The notes beneath the pieces were generated by a model, which saw nothing but the letters and a program-made list of their open reading frames with translations, made no database searches and was not told where the DNA came from. Both the position numbers and the translations under genes were made by a program. DNA of 64,000 bases from an uncultured Planctomycetaceae bacterium. Lineage in GTDB: Bacteria; Planctomycetota; Planctomycetia; Isosphaerales; Isosphaeraceae. Every line of letters begins with the position of its first letter. The stretch's first letter is position 1. The stretch covers positions 4,512,001-4,576,000 of the forward strand of contig CAWIAD010000002.1 in the NCBI GenBank assembly GCA_963833985.1. The letters run 5' to 3'. Shown here one piece after another: positions 21,533-30,687 of the stretch.

Positions 21533-22384
21533 GTGCCCACCATTCAGATGCGGATCTGTTCGCCGGTCTGGCTCGCACTGCTGGCGATCCTGACCTGCCC
21601 AGCCCTGCCGTGCCACGGCCAGGATCAGACGCAAGCGCCGGAGCAAGCCGCGGCCGCCAAGCCGGCCGAGGCCCCCGCGGACCAGCAAGCGGAGGGGCAA
21701 CCCCAACCGGCCGCCGAAGCACTGCCAGGGCCCAGGCCGGTGGAGGACGTCAGCCTGGTTCCCGTGCTGCCCACGGTGCCGGTGCGACGCGATCGCACGG
21801 CGTTCAACGTGCAGATGGTCAACACCGCCCTGCTGCCGCGCGACAAGGCGGGCATCTGGGTGCTGGACTTCGCGTTCAAACCTTTGCGGCTGCGAACGGT
21901 GGAAATTCCAGGCAAGGGCCGGCGGCCGGTCTACTACCTGTACTACAAGGTGGTCAACCACACCGGCAAGCCGCGGATGTTCGTCCCCCAGTTCGTCATG
22001 GTCAACGAGGAGGGGAAGAAATTCGAGGACCAGGTCATTCCCAAGGCCATTCCCCTGATTCAGGACCGCGAGGACCCCAGCATCCCGTTGCGCGGGGCCG
22101 TCGATGTCATGGGAATCATTCCACCCAGCACCAAGGAGGGTGTGGATGACGCCGTGTTCGGAGCCGCGGTCTGGGAGAAATGGGATCACAAGTCTGACCG
22201 TTTCAGCATCTACGTGCGCGGGCTCTCCGACGGGTACAAGGAAGTCCCGAACCCCGCCGGGGGCAAGCCGGTCGTCAAGTACAAGACGCTGCGCATCGAC
22301 TTCATCCGCCGAGGCGACGACCGGAACATCAGCGAGAAGGAAATCGAATTCAACGACCCGATCTACGAGTGGGTCTACTGGTGA
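21533..22384 (+). CDS. conserved secreted planctomycete hypothetical protein
   Basis: Signal peptide, strong GC3 bias, YYLYYKVVN and SIYVRGLSDGY segments, aromatic end EWVYW. Confidence 0.75.
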   Translation: MPTIQMRICSPVWLALLAILTCPALPCHGQDQTQAPEQAAAAKPAEAPADQQAEGQPQPAAEALPGPRPVEDVSLVPVLPTVPVRRDRTAFNVQMVNTALLPRDKAGIWVLDFAFKPLRLRTVEIPGKGRRPVYYLYYKVVNHTGKPRMFVPQFVMVNEEGKKFEDQVIPKAIPLIQDREDPSIPLRGAVDVMGIIPPSTKEGVDDAVFGAAVWEKWDHKSDRFSIYVRGLSDGYKEVPNPAGGKPVVKYKTLRIDFIRRGDDRNISEKEIEFNDPIYEWVYW

Positions 22385-22472
22385 CCCGTCTTGAGCCGGC
22401 GACCGGGATGGCCCCTGCGCAAGCACTGCCCGCCTGCGTCGGATTGGAACAACCCTCGACCCTCGCGGTCAC

Positions 22473-22661
22473 TCACTTGTGAGGCTGACCCGGTGCGCTT
22501 TTCGCCGCTCCGGCGTCCGCGAGCCGCTCCTGCATGGCTTTCTCGAGGATCCCGACAACCAGGAGGTTCAGCGAAATCTTGTCTTCTTTGGCCCAGGTCG
22601 CCAGCTTTTCATGCTGCTGGGGTGGCATACGGATCTGGAAATGGACCACGGATTCCGGCAT
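22473..22661 (-). CDS. small ribbon-helix-helix (Arc/HicB-C-like) DNA-binding protein
   Basis: HFQIRMPPQQHEKLATWAKEDKISLNLLV. GAGGAG RBS. Confidence 0.8.
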   Translation of the reverse strand: MPESVVHFQIRMPPQQHEKLATWAKEDKISLNLLVVGILEKAMQERLADAGAAKSAPGQPHK

Positions 22662-22987
22662 GGATTGGCTCCTCGAGAGCGGTCATTGCATCACTCGTCG
22701 CACAAATCTAACCGCTCGCGCACCAAAAAGGAAGCCATGTGCACCTAGAAGTATTCACGTTCCCGGGAGATTTTCCGGACCATTCGAGAGGGATCGATCG
22801 GATCACGTCGATTTCATGACGCGGCACGCCTGCCTGCCACGGACCATCAGAGCATCTCTCTCACTGCCGGCGGACCACCGCGCCACGGGGCACGTGGCAA
22901 TCAACGCCGGTGTATTCCGTACGTCATTGGTCCTTGATGAACAAAACAAAACGGCTGACGGGCCTCGCCGTACGAGGTGGGTCGCGC

Positions 22988-23371
22988 TCATTCCTCGAGC
23001 GGCGACCGGAACGGATCCTCGTTCTTGAAGTCATGCCGGAGCGGCCGCTCTGGGCGGTCGAGCGGATCGGCGCTCCAGCGGGAGCCCGGGCTGAACTCCA
23101 GCTCGACGCCGCCAATCATCGAGGCGACGAGGTTGAAAAGTGCCGCGCCGATGATTCCTCCAATGAAGCCGAGTACCCCATAGAACAGGGGCAGAATGAC
23201 AATGGCCCCGACACCGATACCGATGAAGGCAGCGCCGGGTTGTGGGCCGCGCGCGGCTGCACCAAACAGCGAAATCAGGGAGAAAATCGCCCCGACGATG
23301 AGCCCGAGCAAGCCGTAGAGACATGCAAAGAACCTGGCCAGCGACAGGACGCCAATTCGTGTGAGAGTCAT
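22988..23371 (-). CDS. small two-TM membrane protein, DUF3566-like
   Basis: MTLTRIGVLSLARFFACLYG...ALFNLVASMIGGVELEF. GGAGG RBS. Confidence 0.7.
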   Translation of the reverse strand: MTLTRIGVLSLARFFACLYGLLGLIVGAIFSLISLFGAAARGPQPGAAFIGIGVGAIVILPLFYGVLGFIGGIIGAALFNLVASMIGGVELEFSPGSRWSADPLDRPERPLRHDFKNEDPFRSPLEE

Positions 23372-23486
23372 CACGAGACCTCCGGAAAACGACGGTCTGG
23401 AATGGGAAAAGGGTGCGGGCCGCCGAGGTGTGCCGGTTCCCGGCACCGGGCTCAGTGGCACGCGAGCAGGGCGGCCGGCCGCTCGT

Positions 23487-24188
23487 TCATTGATCGGAGG
23501 CGTACGCGGCCGGATCGGTACGCCCCAGCCGCTGGAACGCGGCGCGGCGGATCTGGCAGGAGTCGCAATGTCCGCAGGCACGGCCGTCCTCGGCCGGATC
23601 ATAGCAGCTATGCGTCAGACCGTAATCGACCCCGAGCTCCAGGCCGCGGAGGATGATCTGGTCCTTGGTCATGTGCACCAGTGGTGCGTGGATCCGGAAC
23701 CGGCCCGCGCCCTCCACACCGGCACGCGTGGCGAGGTTCGCCATCCTCTCGAACGCTTCCAGGTATTCGGGACGGCAGTCCGGATATCCGGAGTAATCGA
23801 CGCAATTGACCCCGATGAAGAGATCGAAGGCTCCCAGCGTCTCCGCCCAGGCAAGTGCCAGGGCGAGGAAGACGGTGTTCCGGGCCGGGACGTAAGTGAT
23901 CGGGATCCCTTCCGCCATGGCGTCGGCGGGCCGGTCCTTGGGGACGGCCACGTCCGCCGTGAGCGCACTGCCGCCGAAGGACCGGAGGTCGATGGATTGC
24001 TCGACATGGCGTACGACGCCCAGCGCCTGGGCCACGCGCCGCGCGGCCTGGATCTCGACGGCGTGCCGCTGGCCGTAGGCGACCGTCAGGGCGTACAGGG
24101 CGAAGCCCGCGTCACGCGCCTCGGCCAGCGCGGTGGCCGAATCCAGACCTCCACTCAAGAGCACCACGGCCCGCGGCTGTCCATCCAT
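23487..24188 (-). CDS. queC: 7-cyano-7-deazaguanine synthase
   Basis: [46 protein letters not shown]. Confidence 0.96.
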   Translation of the reverse strand: MDGQPRAVVLLSGGLDSATALAEARDAGFALYALTVAYGQRHAVEIQAARRVAQALGVVRHVEQSIDLRSFGGSALTADVAVPKDRPADAMAEGIPITYVPARNTVFLALALAWAETLGAFDLFIGVNCVDYSGYPDCRPEYLEAFERMANLATRAGVEGAGRFRIHAPLVHMTKDQIILRGLELGVDYGLTHSCYDPAEDGRACGHCDSCQIRRAAFQRLGRTDPAAYASDQ

Positions 24189-24242
24189 CGCATGCAAATC
24201 CTTCGCGGCCAGCACCGATCGCTGCAACACCACGATCCTGGC

Positions 24243-24272
24243 TTGCCCGCCCGGCGACCGCTCCGCTATAAT
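24243..24272 (+). promoter_or_regulatory. sigma70-type promoter for rpmA-obgE-coaX
   Basis: TTGCCC-N18-TATAAT. Confidence 0.55.
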
Positions 24273-24393
24273 GAGAATCATCGGTACACGCCGTGGCGTG
24301 GACTCTTGCGCTTTGCGGAACCCGCTCAGTGTACCATTTTGGTCGTGTGTCAATCAAAAGCAGAATCACAACCTGTTCAAGGACTTGGGAGCG

Positions 24394-24666
24394 ATGGCTC
24401 ATAAGAAAGGTCAGGGATCAAGCCGCAACGGGCGCGATTCGAACCCGCAAATGCTGGGCATCAAGCTTTTTGGCGGCCAGACGGCCAAGCCGGGAAGCAT
24501 CATCTGCCGGCAGAAGGGCACCCGCTGGCGGCCCGGCAAGAACGTGGGCGTGGGCCGCGACTGGACGATCTTCTCGCTCATCGACGGCCGGGTCCTCTTC
24601 GACCAGGAAGGGCGGCGCATCAATGTCATGCCGGCCGAAGCCGTGTCAGCCGCGGTCAAGCACTGA
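24394..24666 (+). CDS. rpmA: 50S ribosomal protein L27
   Basis: [24 protein letters not shown]. Confidence 0.98.
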   Translation: MAHKKGQGSSRNGRDSNPQMLGIKLFGGQTAKPGSIICRQKGTRWRPGKNVGVGRDWTIFSLIDGRVLFDQEGRRINVMPAEAVSAAVKH

Positions 24667-24714
24667 GCGGCGGGCCAGCCAGAGAGCGCAGCACCGTCGG
24701 AATGGGAAGGCTTC

Positions 24715-25782
24715 ATGTTTGTGGACCGGGTGACCCTCTTCGTCCGCGGCGGTGACGGAGGCAACGGCTGTCTCAGCTTCCGGCGCGAGAAGTACGCGCC
24801 CCGTGGCGGCCCGAACGGTGGCGACGGCGGCGCGGGCGGCAGCGTGATCCTCCGCGCCTCCGAGCATCACTCGAACCTGGCTCACCTGTCGCATCAGCGG
24901 CACTGGAAAGCCACCCGCGGCGAGCACGGCCAGGGCTCGAATTGCTTCGGCCGCGCCGGCGACGACCTGGTGATCGAGGTTCCCGCCGGCACCATCGTCC
25001 GCGACCGTGACCGGCAGCACGTCCTGCGCGACCTGAAAATGGCCGGCGAATCAGTCGTCGTGGCGCATGGCGGCAAGGGCGGGCATGGCAACACCCACTT
25101 CAAGTCCTCCACCAACCGGGCACCGCGCGAGCACGAGCCAGGCTTCCCCGGCGAGGAGCGGTGGATCGTTCTGGAGCTCAAGGTGATTGCCGACGTCGGC
25201 CTCATCGGGCTGCCCAACGCCGGCAAATCGACTCTCCTTTCCCGGATCTCACGCGCCCATCCGGAAATTGCCGACTACCCCTTCACCACCAAGTATCCCA
25301 ACCTGGGCTCGGTCGTCGTCGATCCCGAGAACACCTTCGTGGTCGCGGACATCCCCGGGCTGATCGAGGGCGCGCACACCGGGATGGGCCTGGGCCACGA
25401 GTTCCTCCGTCACGTCGAGCGCACGCGCTTGCTGGTTCACCTGATCGAGGCGGTTCCGGCCGACGGCTCCGATCCGGTCCAGAATTACCGGATGATCCGC
25501 AAGGAGCTCCAGGAATACAGCTCTGCCCTGGCGGACCGGCCCGAGCTCCTGGTCGTGACCAAGATGGACCTCACCGGCGCGGCGGAGAGCCGCGACCGCG
25601 TCGCCCGATCGCTGGGACGCCCGGTGCTGGACATCTCGGCGGTCTCCGGTCAGGGGATCCCCACGCTCTTGCAGGCAATCGCCGCACGACTGGACGAACT
25701 GCACCATGCCGAGCCCCCGACGTCTCCGCTTCCGGACGTGGAGACCCGGGCACCCATCACCGTGCCGGCGGCGGACGTGTGA
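24715..25782 (+). CDS. obgE: GTPase ObgE/CgtA
   Basis: MFVDRV..GGDGGNG..SFRREKY, GLPNAGKSTLL, YPFTT, DIPGLIEGA, TKMD. Confidence 0.97.
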   Translation: MFVDRVTLFVRGGDGGNGCLSFRREKYAPRGGPNGGDGGAGGSVILRASEHHSNLAHLSHQRHWKATRGEHGQGSNCFGRAGDDLVIEVPAGTIVRDRDRQHVLRDLKMAGESVVVAHGGKGGHGNTHFKSSTNRAPREHEPGFPGEERWIVLELKVIADVGLIGLPNAGKSTLLSRISRAHPEIADYPFTTKYPNLGSVVVDPENTFVVADIPGLIEGAHTGMGLGHEFLRHVERTRLLVHLIEAVPADGSDPVQNYRMIRKELQEYSSALADRPELLVVTKMDLTGAAESRDRVARSLGRPVLDISAVSGQGIPTLLQAIAARLDELHHAEPPTSPLPDVETRAPITVPAADV

Positions 25783-25785
25783 GCG

Positions 25786-26559
25786 ATGTTACGCATCGTG
25801 GCCGACCTGGGAAACTCCCGCGTCAAGTGGGCGCGGCTCGACGAGCACGCGCGACTCTTGCCGTCAGTTCCCTTGCCCACGGACGATCCTCTGGCCTGGG
25901 AAGCCGTCTGGGATGAATGGCACCGGGATGGCCAGGAGCCGTCAAGCTGGGCGATCGCCTCGGTCAACCCTCCCGTGGCGCAACGGCTCCGAAGGTTCCT
26001 GGAGCATCGGAAGATACAGCAGGTGTCCTGGTACGAGACAGCAGCCGACGTGCCGATTGCAATGGATGTGGAAGGGCCCGATACCGGCGGGGCCGACCGG
26101 GCCCTGGCCGTACTGGCCGCGCGGCGGATCATGCCGGCCGGGCGGCCCGGGCTGGTTGTCTCCTGCGGCACGGCGATCACGATCGAGCGGACCACCGCCG
26201 AGGGCGTCTGGCAGGGCGGGGTCATCGCCCCGGGGCTCTTTCTCTGCGCACGGGCGCTGCACCTTCTTACCGCCCAGCTTCCCCTGATCCATCCCGATGC
26301 CTCCGCACCCTATTGGGGCCGCGGCACCTTGCCCTCCCTCGAGGCCGGCGTCTTCTGGGGTACCGTGGGCGCTCTCCGCGAACTGCTGGCGCGGCAGACG
26401 TTCGAGCCCCCTGCCAATCCCTGGATCGTCTGGACGGGGGGCGACGCCGGGCGGCTGGCCGTGACGGTTTGCGGTCCGGACGCGCGCATCGTCCCCGACC
26501 TGGTTCTCAGTGGGCTGGCGCTGGCGGCGTTCCGTTCCACCGACGCACCAGATCCTTGA
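25786..26559 (+). CDS. coaX: type III pantothenate kinase
   Basis: DLGNSRVK, GADR, GTAITI, GGVIAPG, TAQLP, TGGDA. Confidence 0.92.
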   Translation: MLRIVADLGNSRVKWARLDEHARLLPSVPLPTDDPLAWEAVWDEWHRDGQEPSSWAIASVNPPVAQRLRRFLEHRKIQQVSWYETAADVPIAMDVEGPDTGGADRALAVLAARRIMPAGRPGLVVSCGTAITIERTTAEGVWQGGVIAPGLFLCARALHLLTAQLPLIHPDASAPYWGRGTLPSLEAGVFWGTVGALRELLARQTFEPPANPWIVWTGGDAGRLAVTVCGPDARIVPDLVLSGLALAAFRSTDAPDP

Positions 26560-29500
26560 ATTCATCGCTGGAGCGGATGGCGTCCAGATCGGGATCACTG
26601 GCCAGGTAGCTCGCCAGGTCCTTCACGGAAACGCCCGGCTCGCGACTCGCTCGCTCGATGAGGGCGATGGCCGAGCGCGTGTCGGCTTGCGACTGTTCGG
26701 CCCGGCACGCCGGCTCCAGCGCGGGGTCGCTGCGCGCGGCAGCCGCGGCCATGCTGAATACACAGCCGAGATTGTAAAGTTGCACAAAGCCCAACCCGGG
26801 CGCATGCACAAGCTTCTCGGCGGCGGCGACGGCCTGCTGGTGGCGGCTCAGCCTCGCCAGACAGAGGGCGCGGGCGAGCTCCTGATCCAGCCGCTCGTCC
26901 GGGCCGCAGAGTGCCAGGATGAGGTCTGTCTGGGCCAGGGCCTCCTCGTGGCGATTCAGTTCCGCGACGGTGTTTCGCAAGTTGGATCTTGCCCCTTTCA
27001 ACTGCACGCGGAGCTCCACTTCGTGCGGGGCCAGCCGGTTCGCCTCATCCAGCGCGGCCACGCTGCGCTTCTGGAGGGGGAGCGCCGCGGCCGGCCCGGA
27101 CACCGCGCGGACCAGATTTCCATAATTCACGCAAATGATCCCCAGGCATTGCAGCACACTCAAGTCGTGCGGCAACTCGGAGTGCACGGAATCGATGACA
27201 GCGAGGGCCTTGTCGAAGCCATCGCGCGCTTGCGGTATCCGGTTCAGCTTGCTCCAGGTGTCGGCCAGGTTCTGGTAGCAATGGGCCAGCGCCACGCGCA
27301 GGCTGAGCTCTTGCGGAAAGTCGTGTGCGTTCTCCTCGTTGGCCTTCACGGCGCTGGCGTAGCTGGACTCGGCCTCCGCCATCTGGTTACGGCCCCAGTA
27401 GAACGACCCCAGGTTGCTGAGCGCCCGCGCCAGGGAGGCGCGATGGGCGAGCAAGCGCGGATGGCGGCGGACGAGCTCGCGGCAGGACTCCACGGCCTGC
27501 CGCAGGACGCTCTCGGCCTCGCCCGGGCTACCATGGTCCTTGAGCTGCGGAAGCAGCAGGCCCAGGGCGTTCTGACAGGCGATGATTCCTTCCAGGTCGC
27601 TGTCGTTGCGCTCGCTGGGCGGGATGGAATCCCAGATCTTCAGGCAGCGACGATAGTGCCCCAGTGCGAGCTCGATCTGGCCCGTCTTGGCCTCGGCCAG
27701 GCCCAGGTTGTAAATCGCCCGGGCAAGGTCGTGGTTGTAGGTGCTGGGGCGCTCACTGGCCAGTGATTCGAGCAGGTCGATTCCCTTTTCCAGGTAGCTC
27801 CTGGGCGACGCCAGTCCGAAGCCCAGCTTCTGGACAGCCACGCCGAAATAGCTGCCGGCCAGCTTGGCGCGGATGGCGGGGTCATGAGTGGCGAGCGGCT
27901 GCCAGAGCGCGACCGCTTGCAGGAAATCATGCTTGCCCAGCTCGGGGCTCTCCAGCTCGGCCAGGGCGAGATGGGCGTCGGCGTCGGCGTCCTGATAGGC
28001 TTGCACGCCGGGGTGCTCGCTGAGCAGGGTGTCGAAGATGGCGGCGGCTTGCCGGCACTGGCCGGCGGCCTGCGTGTACTCACCCAGCGTCTTGTGGATT
28101 GCGGCGATGCCCAGGTGCGCCCGGCCCATTTCCAGGCGAATCGCGGGATCGGCGGGGTTTCGTTGCCGCAGTGGCTCCAGCTCCAGCAGCGCCTCGTTCA
28201 GGAGGGCGCGGCGCACCGGCTCGGCTTCGGGCACGCTTGAGAGCCGCTGGTCGGCCACCCGCACGAGCATCTTCGTGATGGCCGACAGGGCCTCGCGCGC
28301 GCTCTGCTCGGCGCTGGAGCGGGCCGCGTCGAGCGCCAGGTTCGAGGAAGCCAGCCGGATGTTGAGGCGGCGGAGCTGAAGGTTGTGCAGGATTCCTCCG
28401 GCCCCCAGTGCCAAGAGGGCCAGGACACCGAGCAGGATGCCCGCGGCCAGGGCCTTCTGGCGCCGCGCCCAGAGCCAGGCGCGCTCCCACCCCGGGACCG
28501 GCCGGGCGACGATCGGCCTCCCTTCGCGAAACCGCAGCAGGTCCTCGGCCATCGCCTGAGCGCTGGGGTACCGCCGGTGCGGGTCCTTCTCCAGGCATTT
28601 CAGGCAGATGGTTTCCAGGTCGCGGGGCAGTCCGGGCCGAAGCTGGCGCGGCCGGACCACGTCGCTGCCGCGCACCTGCATCATCGTGGCCATAGGCGAT
28701 TCGGCGCGGAAGGGGGGGCGGCCGGTGAGCACGTCGTAGAAGACCGCGCCCAGTGCGTAAATGTCGGTTCCCGTTCCGATGGCGGAGAGCGTCCCGTCCA
28801 CCTGCTCGGGAGCCATGTAACTGGGCGTTCCCACCAGGGCCCCGCTTTCGGTCTGTCGGGAATCTCCGGCGAGGATCTTGGCGAGGCCGAAATCGGCGAT
28901 CTTGGGCTCGCCGGCTGCCGTCAGGAGGACATTGGCCGGCTTGAGGTCACGATGAACGACCCCTCGTTCATGGGCGTGCTGGATGGCCCGCGCGAGCGTT
29001 TCCACTAGCGCGACGGCGCGATCGACCGGCAAGGGCGTGCCGGCAAGACCGCGCTCCAGGGTACCGCCGGGCACGTACTCGAGCGCCAGGAACGGGCGGC
29101 CCTCATGCTCGCCGATCTCGTGAATGTGCACGATGTTGGGGTGCTCGAGCCGGGCGATGACCTCTGCCTCGATGCGGAACCGGCTGATCTGCCGGTCGCC
29201 GCTGTGCGTGCCATCGAGAATCATCTTCAGCGCCACGAGACGATTGAGCGCCTGCTGCCGCGCCCGGTAGACCACTCCCATCCCCCCGCGGCCCAGCAGC
29301 TCCAGGACCTCGTATCCGGGCACGCGGACCGAGACGGGTAAGGCTTCCTGGAGCCTGTCCTCGGTTTCGGTCGGTTCGTACGGGAGGGCCTGGTCGAGCG
29401 CGAACTGAACGTTCAGCGCCTCGGCCAGTTGCGGGAAGCGGGCGACATATTCGTCCAGCGTGGGCTCGCCGTGTCCGAGCCGGCGCCTCAGCAGGACCTC

Positions 29501-29703
29501 GTGGTAGATCAGGCTGAGGATGATTTCCGGATCATCAGCCCCGCCGGCCCTTCGTGCCAGGTAGTTCTCGACCGGCGTGAGCGCCCGCGCTGCCAGTCGA
29601 CGCTCTGCTCATCGAGCAGCAGGGTCAGCTTCCAGGTCTGCGAGCTGATGGCCCGCTGACTGGAGGGTTCCGTGGGCGAGGGATCCGTACCCGGCGCGGC
29701 CAT
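26507..29703 (-). CDS. Ser/Thr kinase with TM helix and TPR-like C-terminus; indel near 29585
   Basis: GRGGMGVVY, HRDLKPAN, DFG, GTPSYMAPEQ. The planctomycete-type N-terminus (PVENYL...LIYHEVLLR...EYVARFP) can be reconstructed back to ATG at 29703. Confidence 0.9.
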
Positions 29704-29706
29704 GGC

Positions 29707-30291
29707 TCATTCCTCCCAGCCCAGTTCGCGCACGACCCGATCGAAGGCCCGCTCCAGCCGCTTGCGGGACGCCTCGGCCGTACCCCCCACGCGGGCGGCG
29801 ATCTCCCCCCATTCGCACCCGGCGGCCCGCAGGTCCGAGAGCCCGCGCTCGCTGTCGCTGAGGCGCGACCGGACGATCTGCGCCAGCTCGTTCCAGGCCA
29901 GTTGCTCGGTGAAGCTGGGACCAGGAACCGCCGGCGCGAGCATCCCGTTCTCGTCGCTGATCTCGCGCTCGTCGCGGCGTGTGACCTGAGCCTTGCGGGC
30001 CTGCGTCGCCAGCTTGTTCCGGGCCATGGTCTCGAGGAGCCGCGCTAGCTGGGCGGGGCTTTCCAGGTCGTACTGGCCCAGGCTCAGTCGGGCGAAGAAG
30101 TTGGCCAGGACCGACTGGCAGATATCGGCCGAGTCGAAAAGCCGGCGCAGCCGGCTGTCGCGGATCCGCAGCCGGATCACGCGCCGCAAGTGGGGCTCGT
30201 AGGCCGCGACCAGCTCGGCGGCCGCGGCCGGATCTCCGGCGCGAAATCGCTCCAGCAGCTCCGGCAGCCCTGGCTGTGACGACAGCGCCAT
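29707..30291 (-). CDS. ECF sigma factor of the kinase-associated planctomycete type
   Basis: LLERFRAGDPAAA, YEPHLRRVIR, DSADICQS, WGEIAARVG...RKRLERA. Ends 3 nt upstream of the kinase gene. Confidence 0.88.
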   Translation of the reverse strand: MALSSQPGLPELLERFRAGDPAAAAELVAAYEPHLRRVIRLRIRDSRLRRLFDSADICQSVLANFFARLSLGQYDLESPAQLARLLETMARNKLATQARKAQVTRRDEREISDENGMLAPAVPGPSFTEQLAWNELAQIVRSRLSDSERGLSDLRAAGCEWGEIAARVGGTAEASRKRLERAFDRVVRELGWEE

Positions 30292-30687
30292 AAGGTTAAC
30301 CCCGAAGCGGCCGCGCGGCCGGCGTGATGCTCTGTGTCTTCATATCACTCAGAAAAATGTCAGCACCCCCGTCCGCTCGTGCCGTGTGAGCGCGATCTTG
30401 CAATAGTGAAGGATAGCACCGGCGGCAAGCCGTGATGGGATCGTCCATCCTCGTTCAGAAAACCCAGTCGCCCAAAGCAGTTGCATCGCCACAAGTTGTG
30501 CCGTCGCGTACCGGCCGCCAACTCACAGGACGGTGCGCATCCATCATCGTCCGTATCCGATACGCGATCCAGTGCGGCGCGGTGTCGCAGCCTGAATGAT
30601 CTCCCGGCACATTCCGCCGTGCCCGTCGCGAGCGGATCGAACCACGAAGTTTTGACATTTCAATGGTCCGACAGCGAGGAGCTGGTC

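Noticed and set aside
22662..22987. ncRNA or riboswitch (e.g. preQ1) in the intergenic regions near queC
   Set aside because: I could not recognise any consensus by eye. A covariance-model scan would be needed.
23487..24188. queC as part of a 7-deazaguanine DNA-modification or Qat-type defence system
   Set aside because: It is a canonical-length QueC in a housekeeping context, with no dpdA/tgt-like, TatD or ATPase neighbours.
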